This document shows positions 17,676 through 26,309 of a stretch of DNA of 64,000 nt, piece by piece. The DNA lies in contig CAZJZV010000001.1 in the NCBI GenBank assembly GCA_964550635.1, forward strand, positions 5,754 through 69,753. The letters are read 5' to 3'. Within the stretch, counting starts at the first letter, position 1; each line of letters begins with the position of its first letter. Below the pieces are notes generated by a model that had not been told where the DNA came from, ran no database searches, and saw nothing but the letters and a program-made list of their open reading frames with translations. Source of the stretch: an uncultured Bacteroidaceae bacterium. GTDB taxonomy: Bacteria; Bacillota; Clostridia; Christensenellales; CAG-917. A program made the translations under genes and the position numbers.

Positions 17676-19340
17676 ATGTTAAGCATCAATAGCACACAAT
17701 TCAAGGAAATGTTGAAGGGCGGAGCGCAGGCACTCGAACTCAATCGCGCTCTTGTCGACGAACTGAACGTTTTCCCCGTCCCCGACGGTGATACGGGCAC
17801 GAATATGTCACTCACTATGGCATCCGCGGTTCGTGAACTCAACGTTTCGGGCTCCGAAGACCTTGGCGCACTCGCCTTGGCGTTTTCAAAAGGAGCGTTA
17901 AAAGGCGCAAGAGGAAATAGCGGCGTCATTCTTTCGCAAATTCTGAAAGGATTCGCAATCGCTCTCGACAACAAAACCGAACTCAATGCAAAAGATTTTT
18001 CATCCGCACTCAAAAAAGGTACGGAAATAGCATATAGCGCAGTCACAAAACCCAAAGAAGGCACCATTCTCACAGTCGTCAGAGTCATGGCAGAAAACTC
18101 CGTCAAGTTCGCGAAAAAGAAAGTGGAATTTGAAGACTTCTTGAAGATGGTCATCGACGCAGGCGAACAAATCCTGCAAAAAACTCCCGAAATGCTCCCC
18201 GTCCTTGCAAAAGCAGGCGTTGTGGATGCAGGCGGAAGAGGACTAGTCACCATTCTCGAAGGATTCCTTGCGGTGCTCACCGGTGAAGAATTCAAGATGA
18301 TAAGAGAAGATGCAGTCCGTCCCGTTTTGTCCGCGGAAGCGAAAGCACTCGCAACAGAAGACGAGATTTTGAAAAACGACTACGACAATATCACCTTCCA
18401 ATATTGCACGGAATTTTTCATTTCGCACTTGAAAACCGCGACCACGCTCAGTGACATCGACAAGTTCCGCGACTATCTCACCACGATAGGCGACTGCGTG
18501 CTTGTCATCGGCGATCTCGACCTTGTCAAAACCCACGTTCACACGAACGAACCCGACAAAGCGTTGAAAGCGGCGTTGAAACTCGGCGAACTCGTCGATA
18601 TAAAAATCGAAAATATGGTCGAACAAAACCGCAAAATCAAGGGCGAACAGACCACAAGCGGTGAAAAAGCGAAGAAAATTCCTTCAAAAGAATTTGCTAT
18701 GGTATCCGTATGCGCGGGTGACGGAATGGCGGCTATCTTCAAAGATTTGCTCGTCGACGTCGTCGTAGAAGGCGGACAAACGATGAATCCCAGTGTCTAC
18801 GACATTTTGGGCGCAGTAAACTCTGCGGACGCAAGAAACGTTTTTGTTCTTCCCAACAATCCGAATATCATTCTTGCGGCAGAGCAAGCAAAAGAACTTG
18901 CGGACGTCAACGTCTACGTCGTGCCGACCACTTGTATGCCCGAGGGCGTATCGGCGGCGCTCGTTTTCTCGACCGAAGTCAGTGCGGAAGAGAATTTCGA
19001 AAATATGAAGAGTTCCTACGCAAACGTCAAATCCGCAGAAATCACCCACGCTGTGCGCAATACGCGTATGAACGGTTTCTCCGTCAAAGAGGGTGATATA
19101 ATCGGTATTTGCAACAAGAAAATCGTTGCAAAGAGCGGTTCTATTGCAGAAGCGACCGTCGTCACCGCAAACAAAATCGCAAAAGATGCGGATATGCTCA
19201 CCCTCTATTACGGTCAAGACGTGACCGAACAAGAAGCAAATCGCGTCGTTGAAATTCTCTCTGAAGCGCAACCCGACCTTGAAATCGCCGTCTACTACGG
19301 CGGACAACCGCATTATTATTACGTCCTAGCGGCGGAGTAA
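17676..19340 (+). CDS. yloV: DAK2 domain-containing protein YloV
   Basis: 554 aa from MLSINSTQFKEML. Dak2 motif DGDTGTNM and a C-terminal DegV-associated/YloV domain. The ORF-track start at 17457 is an out-of-context extension overlapping asp23. Confidence 0.9.
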   Translation: MLSINSTQFKEMLKGGAQALELNRALVDELNVFPVPDGDTGTNMSLTMASAVRELNVSGSEDLGALALAFSKGALKGARGNSGVILSQILKGFAIALDNKTELNAKDFSSALKKGTEIAYSAVTKPKEGTILTVVRVMAENSVKFAKKKVEFEDFLKMVIDAGEQILQKTPEMLPVLAKAGVVDAGGRGLVTILEGFLAVLTGEEFKMIREDAVRPVLSAEAKALATEDEILKNDYDNITFQYCTEFFISHLKTATTLSDIDKFRDYLTTIGDCVLVIGDLDLVKTHVHTNEPDKALKAALKLGELVDIKIENMVEQNRKIKGEQTTSGEKAKKIPSKEFAMVSVCAGDGMAAIFKDLLVDVVVEGGQTMNPSVYDILGAVNSADARNVFVLPNNPNIILAAEQAKELADVNVYVVPTTCMPEGVSAALVFSTEVSAEENFENMKSSYANVKSAEITHAVRNTRMNGFSVKEGDIIGICNKKIVAKSGSIAEATVVTANKIAKDADMLTLYYGQDVTEQEANRVVEILSEAQPDLEIAVYYGGQPHYYYVLAAE

Positions 19341-19341
19341 T

Positions 19342-21399
19342 ATGGAACTTGAGAAAATCAAAGGCGTCGGAGAAGCCACGATAGCGAAACTTGCCGACCT
19401 CGGAATAACCACCGTAGGCGGATTGTTGTCCTTTCTTCCGAGCAAATACGTGAACTTGAAATTGCCCGAACCTGCATTATATGCAGAAGAAGGGCAATTT
19501 TGTTTATTTTCGGGGGAAGTGGTCAAAGCAACGGTGCCGTCGCAAAGAGGGACGAAATCTTTCACAGTCACTTTCCTTGACAAAATTTCTGACAAGAAAG
19601 TTTACTTCAAGGCGGTTTTTTATAACAGACCTTATCTTCAACCCGAATTTGAAATCGGCAGAAGTTTTCGACTGCTATCCAAAATCAGTTTTGCAAGCGG
19701 AGAAATTCTGCTTGTCAATCCAACGGTAGAGCCCGAAGGCAAAATAAGACGACTCGGTCAAGGCGTATTCACCGTCTATCCGCTCAAAGGAATTATAGGG
19801 CAGGGCACTTTCAAAAATCTCGTTGAAAGCGCACTCGAATATCTTCGCAAGAGCGCAAATATCAATAGTGTATTCGCCGTGACGGAAGAGTATTCTTCCC
19901 CCGAATCAACTCTCAAAACAACCTATCTCACACTCTCGTCCGCGCATATGCCGAACAGTGCGGAGGAGTGTAAAGACGCACTGAATACGCTTGCGTCACT
20001 TGACTTTGCTTGCGGACTGTATAACTACAAAAACTCACGCAAAAACGCCTCAAAAGAGCGAAAAGTATTCTACAATTTCAAGAATTTTGGAATACTTTGG
20101 TTTGAGAACCTGCTCGATTGGGATTTGACGAGCACTCAAAAAGACACGATGAACGAGATCTCAAACGATCTAAACTCATCGAAATCAATGTCGAGAATTG
20201 TATATGGCGACGTTGGTTCAGGCAAGTCCGTCGTTGCATATTTTGCACTTGCAAAAGCGTTTGACGGCGGTATGCAATCGGCATACATGTGTCCGACAGA
20301 AATTCTTGCGGGGCAACAATATCAAAAATTCTTGCCACTCGCAAACGCACTCGGAATGAAGGTCGCTCTTCTCACGTCAAGCACGAAACGCGCGGACAGG
20401 GCGGAGATACTAGACGGACTGTCATCTGGTGAGATAAATGCGGTTTTCGGTACGCAGTCTCTTATCGGTGCGGAAGTTGAATACAAGTGCTTATCCCTTG
20501 CAGTCATCGACGAGCAACACAAATTCGGAGTGTCGTCAAGGACGGGAATAGAAGAAAAGGGAGCATCTGATATTCTCACGCTCACCGCAACGCCTATCCC
20601 GCGTACTCTTGCGCTCACCGTCTACGACGATATTGACGTGTCTAAAATCGAAAAGAGAGAAAGCGCAAAGACTCATATATCAACAAAACTCATATCCGAC
20701 ACCAAACTCGGAGACTTGATTGCCTATATCGCAAGAGAGTGTAGGGCGGGAAAACAAGCGTTTATCATTTGTCCTACAATCAAGGACTGCGAAGGCAACG
20801 ACCTATACTCAATCGAGCAATTTGCAAAGGATTATATCGGATATTTCGATAATCTAACCGTGTCGATTTTGCACGGCAAGATGTCGGACAATGAGAAAAA
20901 CGAAGTTATGCAGGGCTTTTCAAACGGTGAAATTTCAGTGCTTGTCGCAACTTCTCTCGTCGAAGTCGGAATTGACACGAAAGCAAATATCATAGCAGTG
21001 TTGAATGCGGATAGATTCGGACTTGCTTCCTTGCATCAACTACGCGGTAGAGTGGGTAGAGACGGCAGTGAAGCGTTTTGTTTCTTGCACACAAAAGCAA
21101 CTTCGACTAGAGCGCTTGATAGACTCGTATCGATGAAAAACTTCGACGACGGCAGTCTTCTTGCAGAAAAGGACCTTGAAATGCGCGGTAGCGGTGATAT
21201 ACTCGGTGCTCGTCAAAGCGGTAGCACGGCTACGCCGTATTTCAAACTACCGCTCACGATAAACGTACTTCGCGATGCAAAACGAATACTTCGTAACGAA
21301 AGCAACGGAAAAGCGGTGTCGACTTGTTTCAAAGAATTGTTCAACGCGGACTACGAAGAGTTTGTGCACGCACTTGAAACAGTCACTCTAAACAGTTGA
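19342..21399 (+). CDS. recG: ATP-dependent DNA helicase RecG
   Basis: 685 aa. N-terminal wedge/OB, Walker A GDVGSGKS, DEQH box, and C-terminal QLRGRVGR. Confidence 0.93.
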   Translation: MELEKIKGVGEATIAKLADLGITTVGGLLSFLPSKYVNLKLPEPALYAEEGQFCLFSGEVVKATVPSQRGTKSFTVTFLDKISDKKVYFKAVFYNRPYLQPEFEIGRSFRLLSKISFASGEILLVNPTVEPEGKIRRLGQGVFTVYPLKGIIGQGTFKNLVESALEYLRKSANINSVFAVTEEYSSPESTLKTTYLTLSSAHMPNSAEECKDALNTLASLDFACGLYNYKNSRKNASKERKVFYNFKNFGILWFENLLDWDLTSTQKDTMNEISNDLNSSKSMSRIVYGDVGSGKSVVAYFALAKAFDGGMQSAYMCPTEILAGQQYQKFLPLANALGMKVALLTSSTKRADRAEILDGLSSGEINAVFGTQSLIGAEVEYKCLSLAVIDEQHKFGVSSRTGIEEKGASDILTLTATPIPRTLALTVYDDIDVSKIEKRESAKTHISTKLISDTKLGDLIAYIARECRAGKQAFIICPTIKDCEGNDLYSIEQFAKDYIGYFDNLTVSILHGKMSDNEKNEVMQGFSNGEISVLVATSLVEVGIDTKANIIAVLNADRFGLASLHQLRGRVGRDGSEAFCFLHTKATSTRALDRLVSMKNFDDGSLLAEKDLEMRGSGDILGARQSGSTATPYFKLPLTINVLRDAKRILRNESNGKAVSTCFKELFNADYEEFVHALETVTLNS

Positions 21400-21600
21400 T
21401 TTCCGCATTCTAACTCCATAAAATCGGTTGTTTGAGTGTGATGCAACTCGGTTGCAATAGATGATAAAAGATTACAACCGACATACGCAATAACGAATTA
21501 AAGTTCAATTCAATAGATGAAACAATCACGCTTTTTTACGTATCATCTAACGTTGAAAGTCATCATATAGTCTTCACTGAATATCATTATATCGGTGACT

Positions 21601-22302
21601 ATGGCGACTAAAAAGAAAAACAAGTCGGATAAAATCAGCGTGTGGGCAATCAAAATCACTTTGGTTTCCTTCGCACTCTCTGCAATAATCAGTTTCTTGA
21701 GCGAGATGACCGCCGATGCAAATAGTCTCACGGTGACTGGACTCCTCCTTGCGTTTCTGATTCTTGCAAGCATAACGTTCGACGGAATAGGAGTAGCGGC
21801 AACTTCGTGTAGCGTGGACGATTTTGCGGAAGATATGAAGACGGGTCGCTATGGAGCAAAAACCGCTATCAGACTCATCGCAAACAATGAAAAAGTCTCA
21901 AACGTTTGCAACGACGTCATCGGGGATACGTTCGGAATAATATCGGGAGCATGCTCAGTCGCTATCGTGCTAAAACTCACTTCGATATTGCCGTTTGGTC
22001 ATCAAAAACTGCTCTCAATCGTCATATCCGCGGTCATATCCGCACTGACGATAGGCGGGAAAGCAATGCTCAAAGAATCCGCCATAAAGAACTCAAAGGA
22101 GTTCGTCTGGCTCGTCGCAAGGCTACTTGCAACTCTTGACCGCGATGAGAGAAAAATCAAACGGACAGTTGCAATTCAGAACAAATCGCAAAGGAAAAAA
22201 TCATATGCGCTTGGACAAATTCTTAACAGAAACACAAAACCTTCCGTCAAGGACTTATGCGGAAAATCTCATCTTGAAAGGCAAGGTGAAAGTTGGCGGT
22301 AG
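21601..22302 (+). CDS. Polytopic membrane protein of unknown function (weak CNNM/DUF21-like look)
   Basis: About 233 aa (GTG at 21595 is an alternative start). It has 4 or more hydrophobic helices. The basic C-terminal tail overlaps the tlyA start by 98 nt in another frame. Confidence 0.6.
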   Translation: MATKKKNKSDKISVWAIKITLVSFALSAIISFLSEMTADANSLTVTGLLLAFLILASITFDGIGVAATSCSVDDFAEDMKTGRYGAKTAIRLIANNEKVSNVCNDVIGDTFGIISGACSVAIVLKLTSILPFGHQKLLSIVISAVISALTIGGKAMLKESAIKNSKEFVWLVARLLATLDRDERKIKRTVAIQNKSQRKKSYALGQILNRNTKPSVKDLCGKSHLERQGESWR

Positions 22303-22912
22303 AGTGATTTTGAAACCGTCTTACGACGTGGACGACGGAGCGGAAATCGAGATAATCTCGGACGAAGGCTACGCGTCTCAAGGCGCATACAAACTCATCG
22401 AAGGTTTGAAGGTTTTCGGCGTAAACGTGAAAGGGAAGGACGCTATTGATATTGGTTGCAGCAACGGCGGTTTCACCGACGTACTTCTACGTAGCGACGT
22501 GAAAAGCGTGCTTGCAGTTGACGTTGCCGATTGCGCACTTCCGCCTGAAATTTTGTCCGACGACAGAGTGACTTTTCTCAAGGCAAACGCAAGAGATTTG
22601 ACCGTTTCGCCCGTTGATTTTGCCTGCACGGACGTCAGTTTCATATCCTTGAAACTCATTCTTCCCACAATATTCAACGCATTGAAACAGGGCGGGGAGT
22701 GTATTGCACTCATCAAACCGCAGTTTGAACTTGGCAAATCCGCACTCAACAAAAAAGGGATAGTACTGTCCAAAAAAGATAGGCAAAAGTCAATCGAAAT
22801 GGTGAAAGGCTACGCACTTGAATGCGGTTTTGAGATATTAGGAGTTACACCGTCCCCGGTCTTTTACGACAACAAAAACAAGGAATACTTGCTCTACGTG
22901 AAAAAACCTTAA
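22205..22912 (+). CDS. tlyA: TlyA family rRNA 2'-O-methyltransferase (hemolysin A-like)
   Basis: Canonical S4-domain start MRLDKFL..., then YASQGAYKL and the FtsJ-like DIGCSNGGFTD. The ORF-track start at 22127 adds 26 atypical residues. Confidence 0.9.
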   Translation: MRLDKFLTETQNLPSRTYAENLILKGKVKVGGRVILKPSYDVDDGAEIEIISDEGYASQGAYKLIEGLKVFGVNVKGKDAIDIGCSNGGFTDVLLRSDVKSVLAVDVADCALPPEILSDDRVTFLKANARDLTVSPVDFACTDVSFISLKLILPTIFNALKQGGECIALIKPQFELGKSALNKKGIVLSKKDRQKSIEMVKGYALECGFEILGVTPSPVFYDNKNKEYLLYVKKP

Positions 22913-23042
22913 TAAATCGCCTTACGAAATAATCACCGATGAAGGTTCAAAAGCGGGCATTTTCATATAAGCAAAATGGCAGTCAATCGTGATTTCGCTT
23001 GTATATTGAAAACTCTATGAACAATCTTGAATAGAGAATAAT

Positions 23043-23075
23043 AAAAAAAACGGCGTGTAGCCGTTTGTTTTTTAT
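23043..23075. terminator. Bidirectional intrinsic terminator between tlyA (+) and the 38-aa mini-gene (-)
   Basis: A8-CGGCGTGTAGCCG-TTTGTTTTTT: a GC stem flanked by an A-run and a T-run. Confidence 0.75.
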
Positions 23076-23079
23076 ATCG

Positions 23080-23196
23080 TCAATGCTTCTTTTGTCGCAC
23101 GAAAACCAAAGTCAAAATCACTACCGCGACAAGCAATCCGGCAATTCCCGACACGACCTTGATGGCAAATTCAGATGCACAAATCAAATTTATCAT
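23080..23196 (-). CDS. 38-aa hydrophobic peptide, candidate leaderless small membrane protein or type I toxin-like
   Basis: MINLICASEFAIKVVSGIAGLLVAVVILTLVFVRQKKH has one TM helix and a basic tail. The ATG lies 7 nt downstream of a consensus -10 with no SD. A strong terminator follows directly. Not in the ORF track because it is under 60 aa. Confidence 0.45.
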   Translation of the reverse strand: MINLICASEFAIKVVSGIAGLLVAVVILTLVFVRQKKH

Positions 23197-23202
23197 ATTT
23201 CG

Positions 23203-23231
23203 ATTATATTTTTCTCACCGAAAAAAGTCAA
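23203..23231 (-). promoter_or_regulatory. Consensus sigma-A promoter driving the 38-aa mini-gene
   Basis: Minus strand TTGACT-17 nt-TATAAT (plus AGTCAA 23226-23231, ATTATA 23203-23208). Confidence 0.6.
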
Positions 23232-23359
23232 GGATAATCGCACCATATCGCCAATCCCGAAACATTTTCGCAGTGAATAGGGTAGATTTATATAGTTTTC
23301 CAAAGCAATTTAGAAACCACCGACTATTGTTTGTTTCTCTCAGTAGTCGGCGGGCGCTA

Positions 23360-24886
23360 TTACTTTGACAGGACGTACGTCCTAATGCTTTTTGCAGGTG
23401 CTTCAAGTTTGTTCGAAAACTCTTGCTCACTTTCTACAAATTTTCCCTGAGCAGACGTCGTCACCGTCTTTGCGTGAGAGTAGCCTTTCAGATGAGAAAA
23501 TTCTACAACCTTATCGTTATTTGAGTCGTTTAGAATCGCGATAACAAGTCTGCCATCGGGTTTCTTGAATGCCACGGTGTCAATTTTGCACCAACCGAAA
23601 GCATCGTTCAATTCCGCCTTGACTCTGACGTCGCCCGCGTCGATATACTGCATAATGGTTTTGTAGGCATAGTAGCGGTAAGTCATTGAAATTTCGTGCG
23701 TATCCTTGTCGAGATACACCAAACCATCCTCATATCCGCCAAAAGCAAGTCCGAGCCACCAAGACCATTCAGTTACGTTGCTATACGCTAAATCTTTCAA
23801 CAAAACTTTGCTTGAATACAGTCCCATATCAATGGACTCATCGACACCCCATTGCATAACGCAATATTCGGACATGGTGAGTTTTTTATTGTAACCTTGT
23901 TTTTTCAGATATTTTTGGAACTCTTTACGTATTTCGTTCGAGTCTTCGGCGCCGTATGAGTGCATGGACAATTCTTCAAGTTCGTCAAAATAATCGTATT
24001 TTGCAAACTCTTCAAGATACTCTTTCACGTAAGCATTCGTTTGGTTGAGATTAATATTGCCGCTTTCAAATATATCCATATGGAAATTCGTACCGTTTTC
24101 GGCGTTGAATGCGGTCATTTTTTTGTAGAAAACGTCGTAAAACTTCGCAAGGTCTTTATAATCAAAGTGGCAACCTTGTTGTATCGAACCGTCGCCGCCC
24201 CAATCCCATTGCGGTTCGTTGACGGGACTGAGATAGATTTCGACGTCCGTATATCCGTTGGAGTCGAGAAGACGTTTGATATAATGCGAGCAAATCAAAT
24301 AGTAGTCGGAATACGCACCGTATTCGTTTTCCATAAGGTTGTTTTCACCGGCACTTCTTCCGTGAGTCATATGACTTTTTGTGAGCAGATAGTGCGGTGA
24401 ACCACTGAATATGATGAGTTTGGTTATATCGCCGATTTCAAATGCCTTCATCATCATAGCGATATATGCGGAGTCGCGGGAAAAGTCATAGTTGTTTACG
24501 TCCGCAAAAGAGGAGTCGTCAACATATTTCGACGAATCGAAAAAACTCTCCGTCTTTCTGTCATCGTCATAGGTGCAGTCGTCAAGTTCGATTGAGCCGT
24601 CGCCGAGATTATAGCGGAAAATTTCAAGATCCAGTCCGTCGTCGCCATATAATAGTGAAATCACGTCGTCCTGCACGTCTTCGGGAAAATTTTCTCCGAG
24701 CGGACGGAAATTCCAGGACGATGAAGTGCCGAATCCGTTGAAAGTTTGATAGGTTACTTTCTCGTCAAAACTGACGGTAGGGTATAGAGAAATAGCGGAA
24801 TACGCAATGGCAAAAGAGTATCCAACCAAAACCGCTAACGATAGAAAAACGCCGACAACTGTCAATACGACTTTCTTTTTTTTCAT
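23360..24886 (-). CDS. Glycoside hydrolase, GH30-like, with N-terminal signal/anchor
   Basis: 508 aa. N-terminus MKKKKVVLTVVGVFLSLAVLVG. Contains FNGFGTSSSW, a NEPQWDWG-type catalytic-region motif, and a C-terminal beta-sandwich-like tail. It is on the opposite strand to all neighbours. Confidence 0.7.
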   Translation of the reverse strand: MKKKKVVLTVVGVFLSLAVLVGYSFAIAYSAISLYPTVSFDEKVTYQTFNGFGTSSSWNFRPLGENFPEDVQDDVISLLYGDDGLDLEIFRYNLGDGSIELDDCTYDDDRKTESFFDSSKYVDDSSFADVNNYDFSRDSAYIAMMMKAFEIGDITKLIIFSGSPHYLLTKSHMTHGRSAGENNLMENEYGAYSDYYLICSHYIKRLLDSNGYTDVEIYLSPVNEPQWDWGGDGSIQQGCHFDYKDLAKFYDVFYKKMTAFNAENGTNFHMDIFESGNINLNQTNAYVKEYLEEFAKYDYFDELEELSMHSYGAEDSNEIRKEFQKYLKKQGYNKKLTMSEYCVMQWGVDESIDMGLYSSKVLLKDLAYSNVTEWSWWLGLAFGGYEDGLVYLDKDTHEISMTYRYYAYKTIMQYIDAGDVRVKAELNDAFGWCKIDTVAFKKPDGRLVIAILNDSNNDKVVEFSHLKGYSHAKTVTTSAQGKFVESEQEFSNKLEAPAKSIRTYVLSK

Positions 24887-24916
24887 AAGTTCATCCCCGA
24901 CTTTTGATTTTTATAC

Positions 24917-24945
24917 ATTATAACAAATGGTGTTTGAAGTTTCAA
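24917..24945 (-). promoter_or_regulatory. Sigma-A-type promoter of the GH30-like gene
   Basis: Minus strand TTGAAA-17 nt-TATAAT with a TG extension. Confidence 0.55.
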
Positions 24946-25000
24946 TATCTGATACAAAATTTATAAAATAAATTTATTTCAAAATAATATGCAAAACGAC

Positions 25001-25029
25001 TTGTATAAACTTATAAAATATTGTATAAT
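25001..25029 (+). promoter_or_regulatory. Sigma-A-type promoter for nadK-argR-recN
   Basis: TTGTAT-17 nt-TATAAT with a TG extension. Confidence 0.5.
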
Positions 25030-25058
25030 TCTGTTTACTTGCAAACAATAGGCGGCAC

Positions 25059-25835
25059 ATGAAGATAGCAACTTACGTCAAACCGACGCTCAAAGATAAT
25101 CCGTCGCGTATCGCGATTTTGGAAGGGCTTAAATCTCTTCCGGGCTTTGACGTGGTCGAAACCGAAACTATCGACAATGCGGTAGATGCGAATGCGTATC
25201 TCGTTTTCGGCGGGGACGGCACGATGCTTTATGCAGGAGTTAATTCACCTTGCAAAATTCTCGGCGTAAACCTTGGAAACGTTGGTTTTCTCGCAGAGTA
25301 CGAGGCAAATACGGACGTTGAAGTCATCGCAAACGCGCTCAAATCCGCGCCCACAAAGGAAAGGGGATTGTTGAAAGCAAAAATCGGCGGGGCGGACGTG
25401 TATGCGCTCAACGATTTTACCGTGCGTAGCACGAGTTATCGTCCGATAAATATCACTCTCAAAACGGACGAAAAGTACGTTGACAAATACCACGCGGACG
25501 GACTTATCGTGTCATCACCCACAGGCTCGACCGCATATTCGCTATCCGCAGGAGGACCGGTGCTTGCGCCCGACGTCGAAGGGATAGTTGTCAATCCCGT
25601 TTGTCCGCACTCTTTGCACTCACGCGCAATCGTTTTATCCCCGAAATCAACCGTGGAAATCATCCCTGATTGCGACGATGCGATAGTTGTCGCGGACGGC
25701 AACGAAGTCGGCGGTTGCGGCGGTGGTATACAAATCACTTTCGGCGAAAAAAAGGCGGTATTCATCGAAAATTCCGCTCACGACTTCTATAAAAAACTAC
25801 TCGAAAAAATGAACAGATGGGGAGTTACTGACTGA
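25059..25835 (+). CDS. nadK: NAD kinase
   Basis: 258 aa. Contains GGDGTML, NLGNVGFL and SSPTGSTAYSLSAGGP. Confidence 0.93.
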   Translation: MKIATYVKPTLKDNPSRIAILEGLKSLPGFDVVETETIDNAVDANAYLVFGGDGTMLYAGVNSPCKILGVNLGNVGFLAEYEANTDVEVIANALKSAPTKERGLLKAKIGGADVYALNDFTVRSTSYRPINITLKTDEKYVDKYHADGLIVSSPTGSTAYSLSAGGPVLAPDVEGIVVNPVCPHSLHSRAIVLSPKSTVEIIPDCDDAIVVADGNEVGGCGGGIQITFGEKKAVFIENSAHDFYKKLLEKMNRWGVTD

Positions 25836-25851
25836 CCATCGGGAGGAAAAT

Positions 25852-26307
25852 ATGGCAAGAGCAACAAGACAACTTAAAATCCTTGAAATCATCGCGAAAA
25901 ACGATATAGATACGCAAGAAGAACTCGTCAAACGTCTCAAAGACGACGGCTTTGACGTCACTCAAGCGACTGTCAGCAGGGATATTAAAAATATGGGTAT
26001 CATCAAGGTTTTGACGACGGACGGCAGACATTATAAGTACGTCGCGCAACAACCCACCGAACCCAGTTCGTCTGATAAGTACATAAAGATTTTCAAGAAT
26101 ACCGTATTGTCCATTCGCACTGCGGACAACCTTATCGTCGTCAAGACCGAAGACGGCAGTGCAAACGCCGCCGCGGCACTTATCGACCGCTTGGACTACG
26201 ACGAAGTCGTAGGAGTTATCGCAGGTGACAACACGATTTTCATCGCAGTTGACGACGCCAACCACGCAATCAAGGTTGCGGATATGCTCGAAGACCTTCT
26301 TCAATAA
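25852..26307 (+). CDS. argR: Arginine repressor
   Basis: 151 aa. Winged-helix N-terminus (RQLKILEII...TQEELV..L...G..VTQATVSRDI) and C-terminal GVIAGDNTIFI. Confidence 0.93.
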   Translation: MARATRQLKILEIIAKNDIDTQEELVKRLKDDGFDVTQATVSRDIKNMGIIKVLTTDGRHYKYVAQQPTEPSSSDKYIKIFKNTVLSIRTADNLIVVKTEDGSANAAAALIDRLDYDEVVGVIAGDNTIFIAVDDANHAIKVADMLEDLLQ

Positions 26308-26309
26308 CA

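Noticed and set aside
23065-23430. Three overlapping 69-71-aa ORFs (23065..23280 +, 23159..23368 +, 23215..23430 -) between tlyA and the GH30-like gene.
   Set aside because: They have no SD and cross the promoter and terminator signals of the 38-aa mini-gene or the GH30 terminator. Their sequences are low-complexity.
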